From Methanoregula sp. (GTDB lineage: Archaea; Halobacteriota; Methanomicrobia; Methanomicrobiales; Methanospirillaceae), in assembly GCA_039698055.1 (NCBI GenBank), contig JBDKTL010000048.1, positions 32,001-96,000 of the forward strand: a stretch of 64,000 nucleotides of DNA, written 5' to 3'. How positions within the stretch are numbered: the stretch's first letter is position 1; every line of letters begins with the position of its first letter. The translations under genes were made by a program, and so were the position numbers. Below the pieces are notes generated by a model. The model saw nothing but the letters and a program-made list of their open reading frames with translations, was not told the DNA's origin and ran no database searches. Below are positions 21,501 through 30,924 of this stretch, piece by piece.

Positions 21501-22462
21501 AGGACGACGCGGTAGCACCGGTGATTGCCGTGATGCTGATCCTTGCGGCCATTGTCACATTCCTGTCGGTCTGGAACGCGGTTTATATCCCGTCCATGAA
21601 ACAATCGGCCGAAGTCGGACACCTCCAGAATGTGGAATCTGCGTTTCTGCACTTCTCATCGGATATCAGGAGGGCCACATCGACACGGGAGGATTTCCTG
21701 ACCTTAAGCGAACCAGTACAGCTGGGGGGAGGGGATTTCTTCTTCAATACACTCAGATCCGGCGGATCGATATCAATCCAGGACGAGCAGAAACCGATCT
21801 ATTACATGTGGCTTGACGATGACTATGAACCCGACGCGGTTGGCACCCTGGTAAATATTTCGTACGAACCACAGGGAAATTTCTGGCAGGACCAGGGATA
21901 CCGCTGGCAGTACGGTTACCTCAATGTGACCAAACGCAGCACCCTCCAGTCTCCGCTAAACTATTACAACATGACCAATGTGAACAGCGAGTTCATGGGT
22001 ACGGGTTCGCTTGCGACATTTGCCGGCTCTTTTGGGGATGTAGAGTATACCCTTAACCAGACACTCTTTTTGGACACCGATTCCAACGGGACTGTTGTTT
22101 CCTATTCCCCGCGGGAAGGCAACTGTTCCGGTATCAATCTCTGGGTGACAAATCTATCGGCTTCACCCGATCACCAGTTTGTCAGCAGCAATGGTTTTGG
22201 GACGCTTGAACTGAAGTCAACGGTAACTTCTGTTCCGTATTATGGGGTTTTGAATATCACGATTGGTTCTGACCAGGAACCCTTCGGGAATGCGACGTTC
22301 AGGAACTGGAATTCAGGTTTCACTGCGCTTGCCGGAGCATGTCCAAGCAATATACATCTGGCAGATTCTCAGGACGGTTATATATCCTACACCGTATTAC
22401 AGCAGGTCAGCCCGGTCAATGTCACGCTTAATGTGGCAAATATTATAATCGGGGCGTACTGA
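21497..22462 (+). CDS. Pilin-like protein with class III signal peptide
   Basis: DDA|VAPVIAVMLILA...YIP..K..AE..H; many N-x-S/T sequons. Confidence 0.8.
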   Translation: MKDDAVAPVIAVMLILAAIVTFLSVWNAVYIPSMKQSAEVGHLQNVESAFLHFSSDIRRATSTREDFLTLSEPVQLGGGDFFFNTLRSGGSISIQDEQKPIYYMWLDDDYEPDAVGTLVNISYEPQGNFWQDQGYRWQYGYLNVTKRSTLQSPLNYYNMTNVNSEFMGTGSLATFAGSFGDVEYTLNQTLFLDTDSNGTVVSYSPREGNCSGINLWVTNLSASPDHQFVSSNGFGTLELKSTVTSVPYYGVLNITIGSDQEPFGNATFRNWNSGFTALAGACPSNIHLADSQDGYISYTVLQQVSPVNVTLNVANIIIGAY

Positions 22463-22583
22463 CGTACGACCCGGCACCTAAAAAAGAGAGTTTCACTTCA
22501 GCGATACAGTTGTGGTGGCCGTGATGCCGGTATCCTATAAGTACAGGACGGTTCAATAAAAAATCAGACAGGAGTGAGAAGAG

Positions 22584-23156
22584 ATGCGCAAAGTTTTATT
22601 GATGAATGGAAGCCCGAGGCCTGATGGGAACACGGCATTCGCATTAAAAGAATGTGCCAAAGCCATCGAGGCTGCCGGTGTTGAGACAGAGACCATATCG
22701 CTTGCCGGAAAAAATATCCAGTCCTGTACTGCCTGCATGAGCTGCTTTGAGAATAAAAAATGCGCCATTGACGACGGGCTCAACGAAATCATCGACCAGA
22801 TCAAAGAATCGGACGGTTTTATTGTGGGTGCACCGGTCTATTTTGGGACCCCCCGGGGAGATGTATTGTCGGCGCTCCAGCGGATCGGCTATGTCTCTCT
22901 TGCATCGGGAGGATTTTTATCCCGCAAGGTGGGCGGCCCGGTTTCCCTTGCGGCTAATGAGGGTATTCTGGCATCCAACCAGGACATGCTGGTCTTTTTC
23001 CTGGCAAACGACATGATTGTCCCGGGAACCGACCTGATGTGCGGGGCAAAAGGGCAGAAGCCGGGCGACGTCGCCCATGACGAACGGGGGCTTGCGAATA
23101 TCCGGAAGTTTGGCGATAACGTCGCGTTCCTCATCAACCTGTTGGGGAAGAACTAA
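22584..23156 (+). CDS. Iron-sulfur flavoprotein (Isf)/NADPH-dependent FMN reductase family
   Basis: NGSPR..GNT, C-x2-C-x2-C-x5-C, GAPVYFG. Confidence 0.9.
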   Translation: MRKVLLMNGSPRPDGNTAFALKECAKAIEAAGVETETISLAGKNIQSCTACMSCFENKKCAIDDGLNEIIDQIKESDGFIVGAPVYFGTPRGDVLSALQRIGYVSLASGGFLSRKVGGPVSLAANEGILASNQDMLVFFLANDMIVPGTDLMCGAKGQKPGDVAHDERGLANIRKFGDNVAFLINLLGKN

Positions 23157-23216
23157 AAAACCAATAATCTCTTTTGAGGATTTATTGTTTTTAAAAAATG
23201 ATGGGAATGAAATCTC

Positions 23217-23405
23217 TCACACCCCCATCCCCGTAATAATACCCACCACCTGCTGCACCGTCACCAGATCCACCACCCGGGCCAGCACGACGACCAAGCT
23301 CCGGAACACCTTCTTCACCTGCTCGTTCTTCCAGAGCGCGGTAAGGATCGCATCTGTGTCCGCCTTCATTGCCCGCTGGATCAATTTGGGCAGGAATAAA
23401 AATGA
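23217..23405 (-). pseudogene. 3' remnant of a paralog of the membrane protein at 37498-38082
   Basis: Translates FLFLPKLIQRAMKADTDAILTALWKNEQVKKVFRSLVVVLARVVDLVTVQQVVGIITGMGV*, matching FVFLPKLIQRAMKADVNEVIEEFGKNEHVKKVFW...VVLARVVDPVTAQQIVGAVMGMGV*; in-frame stop just upstream. Confidence 0.85.
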
Positions 23406-24322
23406 TCAACCGGCTGGGATATTCCCCCATTTCCGCATCAATTGAATCCGGACTGTAGTTCAGGAATATTCGGATCGCCACCCGAATCCTCATTCTCTTC
23501 GGCCATCCTTGATCATGACCTAACAAGAGAGAAGTGTATGGCAGACCATGAAAGAAACGCACCACACACATGGATCTGCAGGAAACAATGTCATGAACAT
23601 ACTATCAAGCGAGATATTCGGGACCAGAAGTTCCATCAGGGGCTTTTGGTCCCCCGCCAGCAACCCTCCTGACGAGCCGTGTCGCAGCTACAGGCACGGT
23701 TCATGGAAGAATAACAGAAATATCAGGGGAGGTGAACCGGGAAACCCGCTGCCATGCAAAAAAAGTGAATTATCCTCACTAACCTCATAGGAACAGGCGT
23801 CATGCCACACACCGTCTGCTCATATGCAATCTCATTTCAATTTCGCAGCGGGAACGCTAACCACGCTGCGATCAGAACTTTCGACACCAAAAACACATTT
23901 TTATTGTCTTTTAACCTGGGGTACTCTGTTTCATCATGCTACCATAATGCCATGTCCCCGAGAGATAACCAGGCTTACCCGGTCACACCAGACCCCGTTA
24001 CATCCCCTTGGCAGGGATTTTTTAACGGGATCGCAGATCGGAGAGCGAATTACACGGATCAAGGAACATAAAAACACTTAAACCCCAATCCTGGACCAGC
24101 ACTGCAGTACCGATCTCACCGGCATATGCAGGGTCAGTTCGGTATTACGGGGTGTCTCTCCATGTTACGCAATCTTCATTCTTGAAATAATAGGATTTGC
24201 GCACCCATCCACGGTATTATCTGGTAGTTATCAGGGTAGTCCTCACCAGATTCGGTTTTCCAGCGAATTAAAAACGGTTATGGCAGCCAGACACACTAAC
24301 AGACGGCTACCATGATTCTTAT

Positions 24323-24766
24323 TTAATTCGCCCTGGCTTTTCTGATACGGGAATACGCATCAAACGAATTAATCTCTGTGGAGATCTGGGGATGTTCTTT
24401 GATGAACAAGAGAAACATCCGGAACTGTTCGATGGTCTCCGGGTGGAGCTCGTGCTCCATCATACAGGCATCCTTCTCCGCGATATCATGAGATACATTC
24501 ATGATCTCAAGAAATGATCGGAGCGTGACATGGCGATCCCGGATAACTTCGGCGATCTTGCGCCCCTCCGGAGTCAGCGTAACCCCTTCGTACTTCCGGT
24601 ACGTGATCATCCCCATCTTAGCGAGTTTCTGGACCATTTCGACAACTGTGGGGGGCTGGATGCAGAGTTCCCGTGCAATATCCTTGGTGCGTGCATACCC
24701 CTTCTCAAGCGAGGCGTTCAAGATCGCTTCCAGGTAATCCTCCGCTTTCCGGCTGAGTGCATGCAT
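24323..24766 (-). CDS. DtxR/MntR-family metal-dependent repressor (short form)
   Basis: EDYLEAI, PPTVVEM, RH..L..FL, DACMMEHEL. Confidence 0.9.
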   Translation of the reverse strand: MHALSRKAEDYLEAILNASLEKGYARTKDIARELCIQPPTVVEMVQKLAKMGMITYRKYEGVTLTPEGRKIAEVIRDRHVTLRSFLEIMNVSHDIAEKDACMMEHELHPETIEQFRMFLLFIKEHPQISTEINSFDAYSRIRKARAN

Positions 24767-24794
24767 GATCGATCTTGGTTCCTGGGGATATATA

Positions 24795-24814
24795 AATTTA
24801 GTACAACCTAAATT
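24795..24814. promoter_or_regulatory. DtxR-type operator palindrome
   Basis: AATTTAGtacaacCTAAATT between the divergent DtxR and feoAAB genes; matches boxes at 5904/5927. Confidence 0.7.
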
Positions 24815-24934
24815 CAGTTGTCCGCGCTGGAATTTTGGATCAGAGCGAATATCCTAATATTTTTTGATGACTTGCCAGATACCCGAACATTGTTCGGGCA
24901 CCCGTTATCTCACCCGAATATCTGATATTCCTGC

Positions 24935-25216
24935 ATGGAAATAACAGAATCAAAACCGGAAGGTGTTTCCTTAAGCGGGGATATTACCACGCTCGACCGG
25001 ATAGCACCCCCGGACACCTGCCGCGTGGTCATGGTGCCGGCCCGCGGCCCGGTCCGCCAGCGGCTGCTGGCTCTCGGCTTTGTCCCGGGTGCAATCATTG
25101 AAGCAGTACGGGCAGCCCCGCTTGGCGACCCGATCGAATACAAGGTGAAAGGTGCCTGCATCTCGCTCAGGAAAGAGGATGCACGACTCATCTCCGTGAT
25201 CCCCGGGGGTGCATGA
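24935..25216 (+). CDS. feoA: FeoA family protein
   Basis: RQRLLALGFVPG, APLGDPIEY.VKG..ISLRKEDA. Confidence 0.9.
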   Translation: MEITESKPEGVSLSGDITTLDRIAPPDTCRVVMVPARGPVRQRLLALGFVPGAIIEAVRAAPLGDPIEYKVKGACISLRKEDARLISVIPGGA

Positions 25217-25464
25217 TGACACAGACCATCCCCCTCTCATTCCTCACACCCGGGACAGAAGCCACGGTTGCCGATGTCCGGGCAGGCTGCGGCATGCTTC
25301 GCCGGCTCGCGGCCATGGGCATTCACCCCGAGAGCCGGGTGACCGTGATCTGTTCCGACCGGGGTTCGCTGATCGTATCGGTTGCCGGAACACGGTATGC
25401 CCTCTCAAGAGGTATGGCCATGAAGATCCTCGTCGGCACAGCGGCCGGAATGGGGGCAGTATGA
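25213..25464 (+). CDS. feoA: FeoA family protein (second)
   Basis: RRLAAMGI, RYALSRGMAMKILV; ATGA overlaps on both sides. Confidence 0.85.
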   Translation: MMTQTIPLSFLTPGTEATVADVRAGCGMLRRLAAMGIHPESRVTVICSDRGSLIVSVAGTRYALSRGMAMKILVGTAAGMGAV

Positions 25465-27464
25465 AAAAGACGATCCGGATCGCGCTTGCCGGCAACCCGA
25501 ACGTGGGCAAGAGCACCATCTTCAATGCCCTGACCGGCTCCCGCCAGCATGTGGGCAACTGGCCCGGTGTGACTGTCGAGAAGAAGAGCGGATTTGCCAA
25601 ATGCCAGGACTACGAGATCGAGATCGTGGATCTCCCCGGCACCTACAGCCTGACCGCGTACTCAATCGACGAAGTGGTGGCCCGCGATTATATCATCGAT
25701 GAGAAACCCGATGTCGTCGTTCATGTCGTAGATGCCACCAACTTCGAACGGAACCTGTACCTTACCACCCAGCTCATGGAACTGGGGGTGCCGCTCGTCA
25801 TGGCCCTCAACATGTCGGACATGGCAGAAAAGGCCGGTACCGCCATCGACCGGGCGTCCATGAAGAAGTTCTTCGAGATCCCGGTGGTCAGGACCGTTGG
25901 CAGCAAAGCAGAAGGTCTCGACGAACTCCTCCGGACCGCGGTCCACGAAGCCGAAACCTCGCCCCACCACGAACACGCCATCGGGTATGGCGACGCGATC
26001 GAACGCACCATCTCCGATCTCGTTGCTGCCTTGGGGAATGATCCCGCCCTTGCTGCCCGGTACCCGCCCCGCTGGCTGGCCATCCGCCTGCTGGAAGGCG
26101 ACGAGAATGCAAAGGACAAACTCGCCGGCAGCCCGGCGCGGGCACCAGTACTGACCCTGCTTGAAAAAACAGACCTCGCCGAGACCGAAGCCGCCATGGC
26201 GGACCGGCGGTATGATGTTATCGCCGCACTCCTGCCGCAGGTCTGTACCACCTGTGTCAAAGAGATGAACTCCTCGGACCTGATCGACCGGGTGATCACC
26301 AACCGGTATCTCGGTATCCCGATCTTCCTTGCCCTGATGTGGGGGGCATTCCAGCTTACATTCGCTGTTGCCACTCCATTCATGGCAGCGATCGATGCGC
26401 TGTTCGGGTACTGTGCCGGGCTCCTCTCATCGGGAAGCGTGGAACCGGCGTGGCTCGGGTCCCTTCTTGGCGACGGCATCATCGGAGGCGTAGGATCGGT
26501 AATCATCTTCCTGCCCAACATCTTCATCCTCCTCTTCATCCTCTCGCTCCTGGAAGACAGCGGGTACCTTGCCCGGGCCGCGTTCGTCATGGACCGGCTG
26601 ATGTACGCCATCGGCCTGCCGGGCAAGTCTTTCATCCCCATGCTGATCGGGTTCGGGTGCAATGTGCCGGCGATCATGGCAACCCGGACGATCGAGGATC
26701 CAAAAGATCGGCTGCTCACGATCCTGATCAACCCGTTCATGTCCTGCAGTGCACGACTGCCGGTGTACGTCCTCTTTGCCGGCGCATTCTTCCCGGCGAA
26801 TGCGGGAACCGTGGTCTTTGTGTTGTACGTGCTCGGGATCGCCGTCGCGATCGGCTCCGCATGGCTGTTCCGAAAAACCATTCTTCCCGGAAAGCCGGCA
26901 CCGTTCCTCATGGAGATGCCGCCCTACCGCCTGCCCACCCTCTTTACATCGGTACGGCACATGTGGGACCGTGGTTCGATGTACATCCGGAAAGCCGGGG
27001 GTATCATCCTGTTTGCCAGCATCATCGTCTGGGGGCTGGCCACGCTTCCTTACGGGGTCGAGTACGGAAGTGCAAACAGTTATGCCGGCATGCTCGGGCA
27101 TATTATTCAGCCGGTCTTTGCCCCGCTTGGGTTTGACTGGAAGATCGCCGTTGCGCTCCTCTTCGGCTTTGTTGCAAAGGAGATCGTGGTCGGTTCGCTC
27201 GGTGTCCTTTACGGGACCGGGGAAGACGGTGGGTCGCTCCAGAGCGCCCTGCTGGCGGATCCGTCGCTTGGACCGGTCACCGCCTTTGCCCTCATGGTGT
27301 TCGTGCTGCTCTACCTTCCCTGCCTTACTGCCTTTGCGGTCATCCGCAAGGAGACCGGTTCCTGGAAATGGACACTGTTCTCGGTAGGCTATGGCATTGG
27401 CGTGGCGTATCTCCTCGCTCTCATTATTGTGCATCTTGCCCCGGTTGTCCTCGGGAGGATCTGA
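25461..27464 (+). CDS. feoB: Ferrous iron transporter FeoB (copy 2)
   Basis: GNPNVGKS, GNWPGVTVEKK, DLPGTYSL, GFGCNVPA, FMSCSARLPVY, LYLPC. Confidence 0.95.
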   Translation: MKKTIRIALAGNPNVGKSTIFNALTGSRQHVGNWPGVTVEKKSGFAKCQDYEIEIVDLPGTYSLTAYSIDEVVARDYIIDEKPDVVVHVVDATNFERNLYLTTQLMELGVPLVMALNMSDMAEKAGTAIDRASMKKFFEIPVVRTVGSKAEGLDELLRTAVHEAETSPHHEHAIGYGDAIERTISDLVAALGNDPALAARYPPRWLAIRLLEGDENAKDKLAGSPARAPVLTLLEKTDLAETEAAMADRRYDVIAALLPQVCTTCVKEMNSSDLIDRVITNRYLGIPIFLALMWGAFQLTFAVATPFMAAIDALFGYCAGLLSSGSVEPAWLGSLLGDGIIGGVGSVIIFLPNIFILLFILSLLEDSGYLARAAFVMDRLMYAIGLPGKSFIPMLIGFGCNVPAIMATRTIEDPKDRLLTILINPFMSCSARLPVYVLFAGAFFPANAGTVVFVLYVLGIAVAIGSAWLFRKTILPGKPAPFLMEMPPYRLPTLFTSVRHMWDRGSMYIRKAGGIILFASIIVWGLATLPYGVEYGSANSYAGMLGHIIQPVFAPLGFDWKIAVALLFGFVAKEIVVGSLGVLYGTGEDGGSLQSALLADPSLGPVTAFALMVFVLLYLPCLTAFAVIRKETGSWKWTLFSVGYGIGVAYLLALIIVHLAPVVLGRI

Positions 27465-27466
27465 TT

Positions 27467-27904
27467 ATGGCATCCCAAGGAAAAACCCTCTTCGCCGCAG
27501 TGTTCGGCACCCTGTACCTGCTCTTTGGGATCGTCATGATCCTGTCAGCGGCAATCCCGTACCTTGCGGAGCTGGCCGGGTCATACCTCATCCCCTCCGA
27601 TCCCGCTGCCGGCTTTGTGCTCTGCGTAGTGGGAATGGTCTTCCTGTTTGCCTGCCAGAGGCTGGCAACGGGTTCAGCCAACGGGCACGCATTCCTCTAT
27701 GTCGGCATGGCGCTGGCCCTGATATTCGGGATCGTTGCACTGCTCTCCCTGCTGGCGCAGGGCGCCGAGATCGTCATCTTTGGGGACGGCGAGCCGTGGG
27801 ACCCGGTCCAGCTCCTGGTCCCGATGGTATACCTTGCTCTGGTGCCGGCCATCGGGCTGTATGCCTGGGGCCGGGAATTCATCAGCAACCTTGCCGGGGT
27901 GTGA
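27467..27904 (+). CDS. Membrane protein (about 4 TM) in feo operon
   Basis: GGAGG RBS, hydrophobic segments. Confidence 0.7.
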   Translation: MASQGKTLFAAVFGTLYLLFGIVMILSAAIPYLAELAGSYLIPSDPAAGFVLCVVGMVFLFACQRLATGSANGHAFLYVGMALALIFGIVALLSLLAQGAEIVIFGDGEPWDPVQLLVPMVYLALVPAIGLYAWGREFISNLAGV

Positions 27905-27906
27905 GC

Positions 27907-28194
27907 ATGGGAGGAACGCTCCAGTCCATTGCACGGATTATCCGTGACGGCAATCTTACCATGACGGAATGCGCCCAGCGTCTCGGGATCTCGCGGGACC
28001 AGCTGGAGAACCGGCTTTTCCTTATGGAGCGACAGGGTTACCTTGCCCGGCAAAAAGATCCGGCTCCCGGCCCGGACTGCGGCTGCGGGCACTGCTGCTC
28101 ATCGTGCAGTAACGGAGAAGGTGCACCCGTTCCGGTCCTTTATACTCTGACTCAGAAAGGGGAGCGGCTTGCACAGGATTCCGGGAGTGCCTGA
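27907..28194 (+). CDS. FeoC-like winged-HTH protein with Cys cluster
   Basis: HTH (TMTECAQRLGIS...MERQGYL), CGCGHCCSSC, YTLTQKG wing; ends the feo operon. Confidence 0.75.
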   Translation: MGGTLQSIARIIRDGNLTMTECAQRLGISRDQLENRLFLMERQGYLARQKDPAPGPDCGCGHCCSSCSNGEGAPVPVLYTLTQKGERLAQDSGSA

Positions 28195-28298
28195 TTTTCC
28201 GGGTGTGATTCTGCTCTGGCTCCCTTTTTGCCTCTGCGGTAACGACATATCAGTTGACAATAGTTTTTGTGTCTGAATGAATTCGTAATGAGCGATTT

Positions 28299-28679
28299 TT
28301 ACCTCTTACCTGAATTGCAGATATGAATCGGGCAGCCAGGCATCTCATGTCCTCCATGTTCGGAAACCCAGAAAAGCAGCGGGATAAGTTTTTCCCGGAG
28401 ATCTTCCCCGTCCGGCGTCAGGGAATATCTGACGGTGGGTGGCGAGGTTTTGAGGATTTTCTTGTGAACGAGTCCAATCCTCTCAAGATTCTTCAGAGTG
28501 TCCGAGAGGGGCTTGGGACTGATGCATCCCAGTTCTTTCTTGAGCTCATTGAATCCTTTCTCACCTTCATTGCCAAGGATTGCAATGATAAGGAGAGCCC
28601 ATTTCTTTGCAATGATATCGAGAATTCCCAGCAGCGGGCAAAAACAGATCTCTTTTTTTTCCGTTTGCGGTATCTTCAT
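28299..28679 (-). CDS. HxlR-family transcriptional regulator
   Basis: CP..ILDIIAKKWALLII, FNELK..L..ISPK.LS..LK.LE..GLV, PPTVRYSLT. Confidence 0.9.
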   Translation of the reverse strand: MKIPQTEKKEICFCPLLGILDIIAKKWALLIIAILGNEGEKGFNELKKELGCISPKPLSDTLKNLERIGLVHKKILKTSPPTVRYSLTPDGEDLREKLIPLLFWVSEHGGHEMPGCPIHICNSGKR

Positions 28680-28773
28680 GAATACTACCTATCCCTTGCC
28701 GTACTTTTTGGATTATTAACTATTAAACCGATACTATCTATCGGAATTTAATCACCAATTTTATGAGGTTCCT

Positions 28774-28902
28774 ATGACGAAAAAAGTCCTGTATATCCAA
28801 TACGATGGTACCAATGAAACATGCAACAACTGCAGGGCCATTGTACTTTTCCGGTTGAACGCAAAATCAGATGCCGCAGAACCCGGTGAGGTGCCTGTAT
28901 GA
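28774..28902 (+). CDS. Small CxxC peptide (42 aa), not in ORF track
   Basis: MTKKVLYIQYDGTNETCNNCRAIVLFRLNAKSDAAEPGEVPV*; GAGGT RBS; stop overlaps the ATPase start (ATGA). Confidence 0.45.
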   Translation: MTKKVLYIQYDGTNETCNNCRAIVLFRLNAKSDAAEPGEVPV

Positions 28903-30812
28903 GTTCCTGCTCCTGCTGTTCGAAGAAACCGGCCCGTACGGGCTACCGGGAATTGTTGCGGGAGCCGGGTACCATCTTTACTCTTGTAAGCGGTTTTCTG
29001 CTCGCCATTGCGGTCATCGCCGATCCCGGGATGATGCTTGATGAAACCGTCACTTCCGGGTCCGGCAGTATCCTCTATCTGATTGCGGCTCTAACGGGTT
29101 CATCTTATATCTGGTACTCTGCACTGCAGGGAATCCGGAACCGGGATTTCACTACCGATATCCCGGTCTCGCTTGCCACGCTCACCGCAATTGCCATCGG
29201 CCAGTACCCGGCAGCAGCGGTTGTCGCGGTGCTTCTCCTCGTCGGCGGCATGCTGGAAGCGTACGTGGCTGCCCGGGCAGGCAATGCCATGGAGGCGCTC
29301 GCCGCACTCCTGCCGGACCGGGTCACGGTGCGGCGCAGCGGCAGCGATACCCGTGTCCCGCTGGAAGAATTGAGTGCCGGGGACATTGTGCTTGTGAGGT
29401 CCGGTGAACGGATACCGGTCGACGGGGAGGTTATTTCCGGAACGGCATCCGTCAACCAGGCGACCATTACCGGAGAGAGCACTCCCATAACCCGGATGTG
29501 CGGGGATACTGTCTATGCCGGGACATTCAATGATTGTGGGGTGCTTGAGATCCGTACCGTTAAGACCGGGGAGATGACCCTTCTCGGGAGGATACGGGAT
29601 CTTATTGAAGATGCAAAAAACCAGAAGCCTCCAGTTGAACGGGTACTTGACCGGTACTCCCGGTTATACACACCGCTGGCACTTCTGTTCGGCGGCCTCG
29701 TTTGGTTCCTGAGCGGGGATGTCCTGCGTGCCATTACCATGCTCATCGTCTTCTGTCCCTGCGTGATCATTCTTGCCACGCCAACCGCACTCGTTGCAGC
29801 GATCGGGAACGCCGCCCGTCACGGAAACCTTGTCAAGACCGGGGAAACCATCGAGAAAATGGCAGCGGTGGATACCGTGATCTTCGATAAAACAGGAACC
29901 CTGACGACAGGAAAACCGGTCCTTGCCGATGTAAGACCGCTCCGGAACCTGACAGAAGACGATGTCATTTTTGCAGCAGCAACCATAGAAAAATTCAGCG
30001 AGCATCCTTTAGGAAAAGCAATTGCTGCGGAAGCATTGCGGCGCCATATTGTTGTTCCGGATCCGGAATCATTCGAGGTTTTACCGGGCCGCGGGATCTC
30101 TGCTGTCATTCATGGAAAAACCGCGCTCCTTGGAAACGAATCTCTCATGGCGGAGTACAGGGTTGAGATCGATTCCTGCGCCACGGCCTCTGCCCGGTCC
30201 TGCGCAGCCGATGCCCGGACCATTTCCTATCTTGCAATCGATGGCCGGGTCGCAGCGGTCCTGACGTTTGCGGATGCACTGAGGAATAATGCCGGAGAGG
30301 TCGTCTCCAGGCTTCAGGCTGCCGGAGTGCATTGTGTCATGGTAACCGGGGACCAGCCGGGTTCGGCATCCTCTGTGGGACGCGCCCTCGGGATTACGGA
30401 AATCCATGCAAATGTACTGCCGCAGGATAAAGTTGCGATTGTCCGGAAGATGCAGTCGGAAGGCTGGCATGTTGCCTTTGTCGGCGACGGGGTCAATGAC
30501 GGGCCGGCACTTGCAGCATCCGATGTCGGGATTGCGATGGGGCTCTCCGGCACCGATGTTGCCATTGAAACCGCCGATATTGCTCTCCTCTCCGATGACC
30601 TTGCCTCGCTGCCTCACCTGCATTCGCTCTCCCGGGTCGCCCTCAGCACTATCCGGAACAACCTTGTCTTCTCGGTAGGGGTTCTGGTCGTTGCCGTGAT
30701 GCTCACGATCCCCGGTATCCTGCACCCGGTTACCGGTGCCCTTGTCCATGAGATCTCATCGCTGCCGGTGATTGCCAATTCGGTGCGCCTGATCGCATAC
30801 CGGAACGGATAA
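28899..30812 (+). CDS. Heavy-metal P1B-type ATPase
   Basis: TGES, CPC, DKTGTLT, SEHP, GDGVND, C-terminal HEISS. Confidence 0.93.
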   Translation: MSSCSCCSKKPARTGYRELLREPGTIFTLVSGFLLAIAVIADPGMMLDETVTSGSGSILYLIAALTGSSYIWYSALQGIRNRDFTTDIPVSLATLTAIAIGQYPAAAVVAVLLLVGGMLEAYVAARAGNAMEALAALLPDRVTVRRSGSDTRVPLEELSAGDIVLVRSGERIPVDGEVISGTASVNQATITGESTPITRMCGDTVYAGTFNDCGVLEIRTVKTGEMTLLGRIRDLIEDAKNQKPPVERVLDRYSRLYTPLALLFGGLVWFLSGDVLRAITMLIVFCPCVIILATPTALVAAIGNAARHGNLVKTGETIEKMAAVDTVIFDKTGTLTTGKPVLADVRPLRNLTEDDVIFAAATIEKFSEHPLGKAIAAEALRRHIVVPDPESFEVLPGRGISAVIHGKTALLGNESLMAEYRVEIDSCATASARSCAADARTISYLAIDGRVAAVLTFADALRNNAGEVVSRLQAAGVHCVMVTGDQPGSASSVGRALGITEIHANVLPQDKVAIVRKMQSEGWHVAFVGDGVNDGPALAASDVGIAMGLSGTDVAIETADIALLSDDLASLPHLHSLSRVALSTIRNNLVFSVGVLVVAVMLTIPGILHPVTGALVHEISSLPVIANSVRLIAYRNG

Positions 30813-30924
30813 ACTGTGAAGATGACCCGGATCCGGTTTTAACCAGTGCCGGTTTACCGGGTCAATCCTCCCAACGTCCTTTTTAACTCTGGAAAATGGA
30901 ACCGGAGCACGCATGGGGCTTGTT

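Noticed and set aside
15003-22462. Archaellum operon
   Set aside because: No archaellin (ArlB), ArlH or ArlF/G; subunits are Pilin_N-type pilins
23191-23571. 126-aa ORF as a real gene
   Set aside because: Out-of-frame read of the pseudogene remnant at 23217-23405
25209-25460. N-terminal extension of FeoB2 in ORF track
   Set aside because: Region is better explained by the second feoA in another frame; FeoB starts at 25461
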